Of a DNA stretch of 64,000 bases, positions 52,423 to 64,000 are shown piece after piece; within the stretch, counting starts at the first letter, position 1; each line of letters starts with the position of its first letter. Source of the DNA: Octopus sinensis (Eukaryota); NCBI RefSeq assembly GCF_006345805.1, contig NC_043006.1, forward strand, positions 58,962,001-59,026,000, written 5' to 3'. The translations under genes were made by a program, and so were the position numbers. A model generated the notes under the pieces. The model searched no databases and had not been told where the DNA came from. It saw nothing but the letters and a program-made list of their open reading frames with translations.

Positions 52423-53994
52423 GTTAGGTACATGAGGTCGACAAAATTGATTAAAGTAACCCTGCTTCGGTTTCATCTTTGAATTACTCATTATGTTAAG
52501 ATTCATTCATCCCAGTCTTTAAAACTGTATATTTTAGAATAATGGAAAAAAGGGACGTTCATGTAATTTAGAAGGACATTCGCAGTGGAAGTAATGTAAA
52601 ATATTTTCAGCTAGGAATTGAAACCACGTCATGATCTTTCTTTGCCAACTACATACATCATCCTCTATGAAGCTCACTTCTACCCTAAAATAATGAACTA
52701 TGTGTATATCTAATCGACAGAAGACCAACATTTTGTTATCGACTGATTTTCTTTTACTTTTCATGTTCTATATTATCACAGACTTTTTTTATTCATCGAT
52801 ATTTCCTTCAGCCTCTGCCGAACTGTCATTTGTTGTCAAATGAGAGTCGAACCTTGAAAGAAACCTTTAAATTATTGCCTCAATTTTATAGTTACCAATA
52901 AAATCAACTTATTTATTGCAGCCACTCTCACGTTAGTCAAACATACAGCTGGCAGTATTGGGTAACTTTCAAATAGAAATATAATTTTGAGAATGATTTA
53001 TTGCAGGTGTGCTTTCCTCTTTTCCATTCCCATACCATTACCGGAATCACGACGTCCATAAGAACTGCAGAAACAAAAAAGGAACTGAGCTTTGCATAAT
53101 AAAGAAAGAATAGGTTTAAATAAAAAATGATATTGACTTTACAGTATTTCTCTCACTTATTATTTATTATACTGAAGATATTTCAAAAACCAATTTTTAA
53201 AAATATTAAATTATATTAGTTTATTAGCTTACACAAAGCATATAATAAAAATGTATTACATTATGCATTCCGTTATTAAGTTTTTTTTTTTATCTCATTC
53301 CTTATACATACATACATGTGTGCCACTGTGAGTGTGTAAATGCTAAGTGAAACAAATAGATGAAGATTGAAGTGGAATTCATATTTCGTCTAACAGCAAA
53401 ACCATTACTATTTTATTTTCTGTTCTATTGACGTCAGCTAGCAGCTTGCATTTTATCTACAGATCCATCCCTTCTGTAATCTACATATTTAGTCTTCCTC
53501 TTTTCATTAACATATTTTCTATACACCTTTCTATTCACATGCATTCACTTTCGCTTCTCACAGCATCATATCAGCATAGTAATAAAACTTCGGTTTACAA
53601 AGACCATTTCAACAGACTTCATGTCTTAGAAAACGAAATGTTTCCATAGAAATTCGATCATAACGACTGTCTCATCAAGGGAATAATAGGAAAGAATCAT
53701 TGACGTTGGATATTGGATCCTGTGCTTAAAGTGAACATTGAAATGAAATAAATATAGTCCAGTTCTACATTCTCCCAGTATAGTTAATATGTTGATGGCA
53801 ATTGGTAACAATTGATATCAAATTAATATTCCATCTCCTTATGTGACGCTTATAACGATGGAGCCCTATAATAGCACAGATAATAACACCTTATGATAAT
53901 ACTAAATATTTTCCTATAATCGTACAAATACATGTTCCTTTTCCTTCAAATAATACTAGTATACATACATACATACACATATGTATATATATGT

Positions 53995-55326
53995 ATGTGT
54001 CTAAGGAGGGCTGGTTGATGATGCGCAGACACGCGCTGAGACTGCGACATCTCCGGCTCTATGTAGACGACGGTGAACAGGTGTGGTCGCCGTTTGTGAG
54101 GCACGCATTCCCGCAACTCGTCTCCATGACCGAACTACAGTCGTGGATCAAAAAGAGGCCGAAGAAGGGCGAATGGCACCGCGAGTGTCGCGTTGCTCTC
54201 AAGCAACTCTGCCGTCCCGGGTCGACCTTGAGTGACTTCAACACAACCAAAGCATTCTATAGGGGATTAGTGGAGGGGAGGTACGACGACGAGCTCGGGG
54301 CAAACCTGGGCGTCGACGAGGAATACCTGACCCGTCTGTTTCAAACGACTTTCGGCCCGGGACCTATGGACAACTTCCAGAGATCCCTGGCCTGGCAGTG
54401 CTACCGAGAAGCGCTACCCGTTCGGGATAAGCTCTATAGGCATGGCTCGAGAAACACGGGGCCGACCTGCCCGAGATGCGGGCAGAGCGACGAAACCGCT
54501 CTGCACGCAATCGTGCAGTGTCCAGCAATTTCCCACCTGTGGGCTTATGTCGAACGACTGCTGTCACGTGTGGGACGTGTCGGTTTATCAGCCGAGTCTA
54601 TCGTTAATATCGTCACGCCTCCTTCCTTCAAACGGGAAGGAAGAGCTATTTTTATCATACTTGTGGCTATGGCGAAAGAATGTATCTGGTGGACGCGTCT
54701 GAAAGGATAGAGACAAACACTTTCCTCTCTGGTCAATCTCTCATCAACTTCTTCAAGTATCACTTGAAAAAAAAGTGAGAGTAGAGAGGCAAGTTTTGTC
54801 TAGTGAATGTTTTAAAAAAGATGGGTGAATGTAGCAAGGATGGCACGTATGAATGACGAAGCCACCTTGACTATGATTCTATGACCGTAAAAATTAATAC
54901 AGAGAGTTGCTTATTTGCAAAAAAAAAAAAAAAGAAATATAACATGTGACTTCATTGACCGAGGTTACCGTGGTCTTTTCCGTAGGCTTTTCTTCCACGG
55001 GTAAACCTCACCTGTCCTCCCCTTACACTTCATATTGACTTTTCTGTGATAACGATCCCTATTGATCAATTTTTTTCTCTCTCCCCCTTTTTTTTACCCC
55101 CCCCCCTTTTTTTGTCCTCTCTCTCTCTCCTTTTACGATCCCTTTTGATCGACCCCCCCTTTTTTATTTTATTTTATTTGTTTTTTATTATTATTTTTTT
55201 AAATTTATTTTTTATTTATTTATTTTTTTTATTTTTTATTATTTTTTTTTTTAAACCTTCAAAAGAAAAGCTCTACCTTGTAATTTGTTCTATCTGTGTG
55301 CAGCCCTGTGTGGCTAATAAAGAAAC
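53995..55326 (+). mobile_element. 5'-truncated L1/Tx1-like LINE (zf-RVT region plus 3' UTR)
   Basis: ORF ...RSLAWQCYREALPVRDKLYRHG...TCPRCGQSDETALHAIVQCP...LWAYVE...AKECIWWTR (L1-type CCHC). A frameshift near 54707 leads to a long T-rich 3' UTR ending ctaataaagaaac. Confidence 0.85.
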
Positions 55327-55489
55327 ATATCTCTCTCTCTATATATATATATATTTAGTTACTCTTCTTTACGTCCTGATTTCGAATCACACTCAGGTCA
55401 GCTTTACGTTTTATTCGCCTAAGATTGATACTATTATTACCAGTAATGGACTGGGGTCAATATGATCAGCTGCCCCGTTCTTAAGAATT

Positions 55490-55560
<71 letters not shown>

Positions 55561-55725
55561 TATATACACATATGTATATATATGTATGTATATATGTGTA
55601 TATATATGTATATTATGTATATATATGTAATATATATATGTATATATGTATATATTGTATAATATATTGTGTATATATTATATATATAATATATATATGT
55701 GTATATATGTGTATGTATATCTATA

Positions 55726-55774
<49 letters not shown>

Positions 55775-55935
55775 ATATGTGTATTATTATATATATATGT
55801 ATATATATATATATATATATATGTATATTATATATAGTATTATATGTGTATGTATATATATATATATGTATATATATATTATATTATATATTATATATGT
55901 ATATTATATGTATATAGATATGTATATATATATAT

Positions 55936-55968
<33 letters not shown>

Positions 55969-56120
55969 GTATATATATATGTCTATATATATATGTATAT
56001 ATATATATTATGTATATATAGATATATAATATACATAGCAGTCCTCCTAAAACTGCAGGCATGCCCTAGCGGGACCACTGAAGATGCTCTTCAGTGGTTC
56101 CTTGGCTAACGGTAACTGCC

Positions 56121-56220
56121 NNNNNNNNNNNNNNNNNNNNNNNNNNNNNNNNNNNNNNNNNNNNNNNNNNNNNNNNNNNNNNNNNNNNNNNNNNNNNNNN
56201 NNNNNNNNNNNNNNNNNNNN
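56121..56220. other. Assembly gap (100 N)
   Basis: Exactly 100 Ns, a typical placeholder of unknown true length. Confidence 0.99.
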
Positions 56221-57497
56221 AGATAATGTCAGAGGAGGAAGGGACAGGAGAGAGGAGGGGTGGATCACCTTTTCATATCTTCCTATCCACCCCTTCCCCA
56301 CTCCTCTCCCATCCTCCCTTCACATTATCCTGACCACCAACTAACACTTCTTTTCTCACTTCTTTCACCTTTCTGAACTCTTTTCTTCTTCGAAAACATA
56401 AGGACACAGATAGTGTGTCGAACAGCCAGCTGGAGTCGATGTTTCACGGGACTAAATAACAGTTACATTCGACTGCCACATTATGTTGGCAAATAATCTC
56501 TACTGTAGAGTACTGTTACTGAATGTCTCTCGTTGAAACATTTACAAATAGATTTACAAATGCATGTATATTTACGCGTATATGTGTGTGGTGTGTGTGT
56601 GTATGTAATGTGCGATATCACCCAACTTTAGTGTTCTATGGTGTAGCCAAATTTTATCAGCAAGTATGGAGCGGGAAGTAAACAACAGCTCTAAACTTTG
56701 ATCCAGGACCGCGATAAGTGGTACAGATATGGAATATATTCACTAAAGAGATTTTGTAAGTTGTTTTCTGTCCCTAAACTGACCTCTTACACCCAAATTT
56801 ACTCTAAAACTGGGGTCACTTTTTCTTTGTCCTTATTTAGCATGCTTTTGAAATGCAATGCTGCGACCCTCAACATTGCATTTAGCTTAGACTAAACGCT
56901 CAACTAAGCGTTTAATCTTTGCTGTTAAATAGCTGTTAAATAGCCCGAGCAGTTATGCTAATAGGTTTATAATATAATATATAGCTGGATATAAGAGCCA
57001 TATGTTCCGCATCATTTTCATTAATGATGTTGTGAATATTTTCGAGAAACTTCGTCAATAGAGACATCAAGATATTTAATTCATTGCGTCGATTAAAAAA
57101 CTAAGCAAATCTGAATATGGTAAACTGTATACATAAGCTAAATGCAGTATACGTAGCATAGCTATACATATACATTCATACATGTACACACACATACACA
57201 AACACATATATATATATAAAGAAAAACAAATAAGAATTAATCATATAGAGGCATAATAAAATAAGCATATATAAAACAAATCTCTCTCTCAGCAATGCCC
57301 ACCCCTTGAGGGAAATTTTCCCTCTTTTATTTCTTAGCAAACCCTATTTCTCTTTGCCTCTTAAACTAAAAACAACCGCAGGTAGCAGCAGCAGTGGCCA
57401 GCTGTCAAATTTCACACGCACACACACACACACACACAACACGTTTGTGAATTGTGTGGCAAGATTCCTGATGTGAAACCGTGTGTTGAAACAGATG

Positions 57498-57715
57498 TTG
57501 TTATATTTCGGGACGGTAATTTTTTTTTGCCAAATAAACATACGCACTAAGCTCCGCTTGGTCATATGGAGCAGGCAGATACATGTAACGAAAGATTTCT
57601 GGACAATGAACATCAGGTAAAATAAGAAGAGCAGTAAACGCGTGAAGAACGAATATATAGTGCGTGTGCTTATTTGGCAAAATGGAAAAACAATGACGAT
57701 CCCGAAATGTAACAA
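57498..57715. repeat. Diverged inverted repeat (arms 57498-57549 and 57658-57715)
   Basis: ttgttatatttcgggac...ttttgccaaataaacatacgcacta versus tagtgcgtgtgcttatttggcaaaa...gatcccgaaatgtaacaa. Confidence 0.75.
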
Positions 57716-57822
57716 TATATATATATAATATATAATATATATATATATATATATATAAATTTTCATAATGAGAAAAAAATCCAAGGCTGTGAAAGAATAG
57801 AATTTAGACATTTAAATAGAAG

Positions 57823-57868
57823 GTCTTACAGCTTCCGGGGTTTTTTGTACATCCCCTCATCGAAGGCG
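57823..57868 (-). ncRNA. Degenerate hammerhead motif
   Basis: Minus strand: gccttc GATGA gggg atgtacaaaaaa cccc g GAAG CTGTA agac. Stem II gggg/cccc is retained; the core is mutated. Confidence 0.35.
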
Positions 57869-58461
57869 GTCTGAGAATATGGTTAAGCAATAGTTATTTT
57901 AGATAAGATATGAAATAGAGAGTGAAGTGGAGGAATGAAAATAGACGTGAGATATGCAGGGATATTGCATCTGTAGATCCATTATTTAGGCAGAATGGTA
58001 TACATATAACATTCCATTATCTTGTGAGTAAGTTCCAATAGTATTTAAAATTGGTCATTCCAAGTATAGAGTTTGTACACGGTGTAATTGAATCGAGGGT
58101 TTAATTTAAAGTGACTTAAAAGTTGGGAATGTATTTCTAAGGTCAAATCAAAAACAAGAAGAGAGGAATAAAGAAAAGAAAAAAGAAAAAAAGAAAAAGA
58201 AAAGCGGGGAGAGAGATAATAAAGAGATGACGAGAGGGAAAGTGTACTGGTTAGTGGTCAGTCAAGATAATTTGATATTAGGAATGAGGAGGTGAGGGTG
58301 ATAGAGAGAGAAAGATATGGGAGTGTAAAAAGGAGATAGGGTAAAGAGTAAAGGAGTGTCAGATTGAAGGAATGAGGGGTGATGGGTGATAGAGAGAGAA
58401 AGGTATGAGAGTGTAAAAAGTAAAGGAGTGCCAGGTATGTAGTGATAGAGCCTAAGTGATG

Positions 58462-58530
<69 letters not shown>

Positions 58531-58829
58531 GGGGTAGTAAAATGGTGGAATGAAGTAATTGTGAATATAGGTTAGGGTGGTTAGAGAACAGGTTAGTGCT
58601 TAGTAGTAGAAATATATATATATATATTTTTATGTGAAGATGTACACACATGCATACATTAAACATGTATATAGATATTTATACATATCAACACCTACAC
58701 ATACAACACGTACTCATATGTATATGTACATACGTGTATCTGTATGTATTATCGCCCCTGCACACGCAGGTATATATACTTTGAATATATACATACACAC
58801 ACACACACGCGTATACATACGAATATAAT

Positions 58830-60479
58830 TATATGGTTGTGATATTCGAGTATAAAAGAAAAATTAAATAGGGATTAGGAGTTAAAATGTAGGTTTATAA
58901 GGTTATTGGGATTACCTAAGGGGTATTGTGGAAATATACTGTATGGTCATTTAGGCATTTGGATTTGTGGTAGAATTTGAATGTGTGAAAAAGCGGTGGT
59001 TGCATGTCCTTTGTGCCTCATTATGTTTATTTAGGAGTATTGGAGAGTTGTGCTTTAATATGTGAAGTGCCTCCTTCAGGCAATGCTTGCAGGTTGAGCG
59101 TTGACCTCGGTAGGGAAGACCTGAATCCAGTATGGATTATAGCGTATATTTGTATATTTGTAGTTTTGAGATGATGTATGTGGTTGGTGAGTGTTGTAGA
59201 TTTACTGTTTACCGAATCTAAAACAATGGAGTGAGCGGCATATCGTTGCTTAAAATTTTGGTTGATCCTATGTATATGGCTGTAGAGTTGAGTAATAGAT
59301 TAAGGGCAGTGCATTTGTAAATTACATTACTATGGGTTTGTAACGGGCAGATGGTTCCAGGACAGCAGTTACAATTAGGTGAATTCTGGGGATTGTGGTT
59401 AGAGAAGGGGGTAGAAAATTCTAGATTATTAGTATTATCTTATTATTACTATCGTTGTTATTAATTGTACTATTAGTAAGAGTGGTAGAGATTGTGGTAG
59501 TGTTCCGGGTAGTGTCAGTAGGATGGGTTGGGTTGTGGTTGTGGTCTAATGTAAGGATATCTGTGCTGGAGCTGTGTGTATGTTGAGCGTTCCTATGACT
59601 TGAGTGGTAATTTTGTGAGTTTTGATAGTAAAGAGAAAGCTTTTGCTTAATAGAGGCTGCTACAATAGATTTGAAGTTGGGTGGGGCAGAATAGGATAGT
59701 TTCAGGGTGGATCTATTAATGATAGAATGATATTTATGTTATCGAGGGAAGTTAGAGTCTAGTATTTTAAAGAAGGAATTAATTAAATTCTTAACGTTAA
59801 GTCAAAATGGGGCTATGCACCACAGAATAGAGCGTCCGCCGCTTTTTTAGGGTGCCTTGGAGTAATGCTGTCTAAGTTTTTAGATAAAGGAATGCTATCT
59901 ATATTTTTGGTGAATATATGTGGGTGGCGAGGCCTGTTGTTGTTAGCTGTTTTAGTTGTTTTAGTTTTTGACCTAGTGTTAAATGTGTGTGTGTGGGTCT
60001 AGGTTGCCTATGTGTAAGACCTTCCAGGGTTCCAGCGACGAGTGTGTGTGGTTGGTTGCGATTGTAATGGATGGTGCATGTTTGAGATGTGATTTGAGAT
60101 ATATACTGAGCCTGCTTTTATGGATGTTTTCTATTTGTTGGGAAAAGCCGCTTGATTGTAATATGGTACGCGATTATTGAAAATTTCCTCACTGGAAGAG
60201 AGGTCGGATATGCGTGTTGAAATGCCCTTGATTACGTTATCGAAAGTGGATTTATGGTGATTGGAGTGGATGTTAACGTATTAAAGATATTGGTTAGGTT
60301 TGCGGTAAGGAAAGTATTGGGAAGTTGATAAGTGTAGAGTTACAAGATAGTTAGCAGTTTTGTCAGAGTTTTCGAATGTGATAGACAGATTTAGGTTTGA
60401 GAAGAATTTATGTAGATCTTTTTCTAGTTCTTTCCAAGGAGGATCTATTTATGCTTTTGGTAACTAGTAAGCGTCGTCC

Positions 60480-60480
<1 letters not shown>
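58830..60480 (-). mobile_element. 5'-truncated, decayed Penelope-like element (RT C-terminal half plus GIY-YIG endonuclease)
   Basis: Minus-strand peptides DDA...LHKFFSNLNLSITFE...YFPYRKPN...YVNIHSNH...ISTRISDLSSSEEIFN, then GSTK, KSTTLTNHIHHLK and CKHCLKEALHIL...LLNKHNE...CNHR. Confidence 0.85.
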
Positions 60481-60523
<43 letters not shown>

Positions 60524-60556
60524 TATATTATATATATATATATATTATATATATAT

Positions 60557-60609
<53 letters not shown>

Positions 60610-60714
60610 ATATATATAATATATATAGATAGATAGATAGATAGATATATAATATTTATATATATATATACAAGTGGGGCTTTGTGACAACACGGGTGGT
60701 TCCACCCACATTGT

Positions 60715-60765
60715 GCGGTGATTGTGAATGGATTTGGTAGACAGAAACTGAAAGAATCCTGTCAT
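60715..60765 (+). mobile_element. SINE type B internal fragment
   Basis: gtgaatggatttggtagacagaaactgaaagaatcctgtcat. Confidence 0.6.
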
Positions 60766-61006
60766 ATACATACATACATATATACAAACACCACATACAC
60801 ATATACATACATAATGCATACATACTTATATACATACATTAATACATATATGTATATATATATGTATATAAATATAAATATATATATATGTATAAATATA
60901 TATAATATTATAATTATATATTATCTATATATGCTTAAACATAAATATATATACATATGCATAAATATAGTATACATATAACGTATAATGTATATATATA
61001 TACATA

Positions 61007-61053
<47 letters not shown>

Positions 61054-61667
61054 TATATATATATGCACGTCGTATATATATGTATATACATGTATACGTG
61101 TATATGTATACATATATATATATATATATATATAATATACTTACATATAGTATATATATATAACATATAATATATGTATATATACATTAAATATACATAT
61201 ATATATGTATATATACATATATATGTATTCATACGTATATGAGGATATGAGTTTCTTCCTTCGATTTTATATTTCTTCTTCCAAAGTAATGTCGCTGACA
61301 ACTAGCCATTTCACACGTTACTTTTAATCTCTATAAACCAGTAATTTACCCAATGATATAACCATTAATGGTGCATCACCTGCACCATTAGATACAACAA
61401 CACATCCCCTTTTTCTTCCCTTCACTTCCCTATCTGTTATACATACAAATTTCGGTTGTCATCAAACTTCTCTCGCGTATTCACATTGGTAAGTAACCCA
61501 TTCACTCAGCCCGACGCTTTTTTCTTCTTCATATTTAATCAATACAACTGAATCGTTTTTATGTTATCACAGCCAAAATTCTATTCTATATTTCAGAACT
61601 GTTATTGCTTACTTCCAAGAGCTGAGATGCATCATGTATTAATAATATTAGCTTGATATAAATATAT

Positions 61668-61761
<94 letters not shown>

Positions 61762-61881
61762 CACAACGGGGGTGCGTGTGCATTTATATATATATATATA
61801 GACATATATATATATAGACATATATACATACATGTTATTATATATATATATATATATATATACAGATATATATACTTATAA

Positions 61882-61923
<42 letters not shown>

Positions 61924-62550
61924 GATATAGATAGACATTCATACATACATATATATATATATACATATACTTATATATATACATATACATACATATATAT
62001 ATAAATATATATATATACATACACATATATATACACTTATATATATATACATACATACACATACATACATACATTCATGTACATGTATAAACGTATATAT
62101 ATATTCTTATATATGTGTATATATGTATGTATATATACATATAATACATATACACATATATATACACACATATATATATATGTATGAATGTATATATATA
62201 GACACAACTCTCACAGAGATTTAAACAAGTTTTTTCCTCCATAAACACAGACACACACATATATATATATGCGTATATATATGCATATCTATATATTTAT
62301 ATATATATGTATGCATATATGTATATATATGTATTACATAAATATGCAAACATATATATAAATATATGTATGTATATGTATGTGTATATATGTATATATA
62401 TATATACATATATTTATGTATATATTATGTATATGTGTATATACATATTCTGAATGATTGATACAGAAGACAGAGCACACAGAAACACACACTGAGACAC
62501 ACGCCTTTACATACACACTCATACACACAGGAAACACACACATGTGTGTG

Positions 62551-62608
<58 letters not shown>

Positions 62609-62763
62609 TATATATATATATATATACGTGTGTAGTGCGCTTGAATTTGAGTGTATGTATTATATATAATATATACATATATATATATATAATATATAAT
62701 AATATAATATATATATATATATATATATATTCTTGTGTATGTGCGCTTGAATTTGAGTGTATG

Positions 62764-62814
<51 letters not shown>

Positions 62815-63025
62815 ATATATATATTATATATATTTAATATATATATATATATAGTTATGGAAGCACAGACACATATACATATATTTTGCATACTCCCCTA
62901 CACACATTTATATACGATATATATTTATATATATATTATATGTGAGGAGATCGCAGTGTTAATCTTGCTTCGATTCAACTGATCACGTTCACAACTAGCG
63001 ATTATATGCTATGTGAATGCTTAAA

Positions 63026-63103
<78 letters not shown>

Positions 63104-63185
63104 ATATATATATATATATATATTTATAAATACGTAGACATATGGACCTATATATGTGTATATATTTCAGTATATATATATATAT
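60766..63185. repeat. Microsatellite complex: (TA)n, (CA)n, (TACA)n, (CTAT)n
   Basis: Direct inspection; interrupted by short unique segments. Confidence 0.85.
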
Positions 63186-63657
63186 ATTTGAGGGCTAGAT
63201 TGAAGGAGGAGAAGAGGAGGAATGGAGAGAGGAGAACGTGAGAACTAAGTGATATAGAATTAAGCTCTGAAAGATGTGAGGAGCAATGAAGTAAAAGCCA
63301 AATACTCTCGGTCCAAAATTACTTCAGCCCTCACTTCTCCCTCTACAACTTAGCACTGGAACTTGAGCTCTGCGATGCTTTACTTTCCTTTCTTTCAGTC
63401 CGCATTCATCTGCTTTTTGTTACTTTCCCCCTCTTTTCTGCCGCTCCTTTCAAACAAATATTGTATATATCGTTACCATCCCGACTCAATTTTGATTACT
63501 GGTTGTAAACATGTTCGCAAAGCACAAAACAAGATTAACTTTGTAAAATAGTTGCAGCTAAAATGATATATAACATACGCCATTTCTGGAAGTATTCAAT
63601 ATCCTACTCTCTGTTCTGTATGTTAGAATGTTGACAACACCCACACAAGAATATGTC

Positions 63658-63672
63658 TTTCTTTCCTTCTTC

Positions 63673-63706
<34 letters not shown>

Positions 63707-63747
63707 CTCTTTCTTTCTTTCTCCCTTTCCTTCTTTCTCCCTTTCCT

Positions 63748-63790
<43 letters not shown>
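63658..63790. repeat. (CTTT)n microsatellite
   Basis: Direct inspection. Confidence 0.95.
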
Positions 63791-64000
63791 GCCTACCAAC
63801 CTATCTATCTCCCTCTTACTATCTGTGTATCTATCTGTCCTTTTACTTATATATTTATTTAACCAATAGTCTCGGTACAATAATGAATATCCCTTGTTCA
63901 TAATTTAGCAGGTTGACTAAGCCATTAAGGGCAAAACATGGGATCACTGTCAATTCGATATTATTAATAACTTTCTCAGTACGTAACTTACAAATTTCCA

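Overview
AT-rich eukaryotic DNA made almost entirely of repeats. The SINE/LINE repertoire and microsatellite density suggest an octopod cephalopod (inference). I found no supportable host protein-coding exon, so the window is probably intronic or intergenic; nearly all ORF-track entries are microsatellite or transposon translations. Contents: (i) many tRNA-derived SINEs of at least five types, including a head-to-tail 182-bp SINE array at 1-775; (ii) decayed non-LTR retrotransposons: Dong/R4-like (restriction-like endonuclease) copies stacked in (TAA)n/(AAC)n tracts, L1/Tx1-like, RTE-like, CR1-like and Penelope-like; (iii) extensive microsatellites, including a ~4 kb (TA)n-rich tract; (iv) a 100-N assembly gap. 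The main unexplained signal is about ten dispersed type I hammerhead-ribozyme (HHR) motifs of the Penelope/retrozyme class. Five have a complete or near-complete catalytic core and a palindromic stem III (ACATATGT, ACGGCCGT, ACAATTGT twice with one copy mutated, ACTAGT). Two sit inside long inverted repeats and most lie near (TA)n tracts. Two SINE types also share 3' tails with two different LINEs in the same window. All structures were read by eye; no folding or database search was run.
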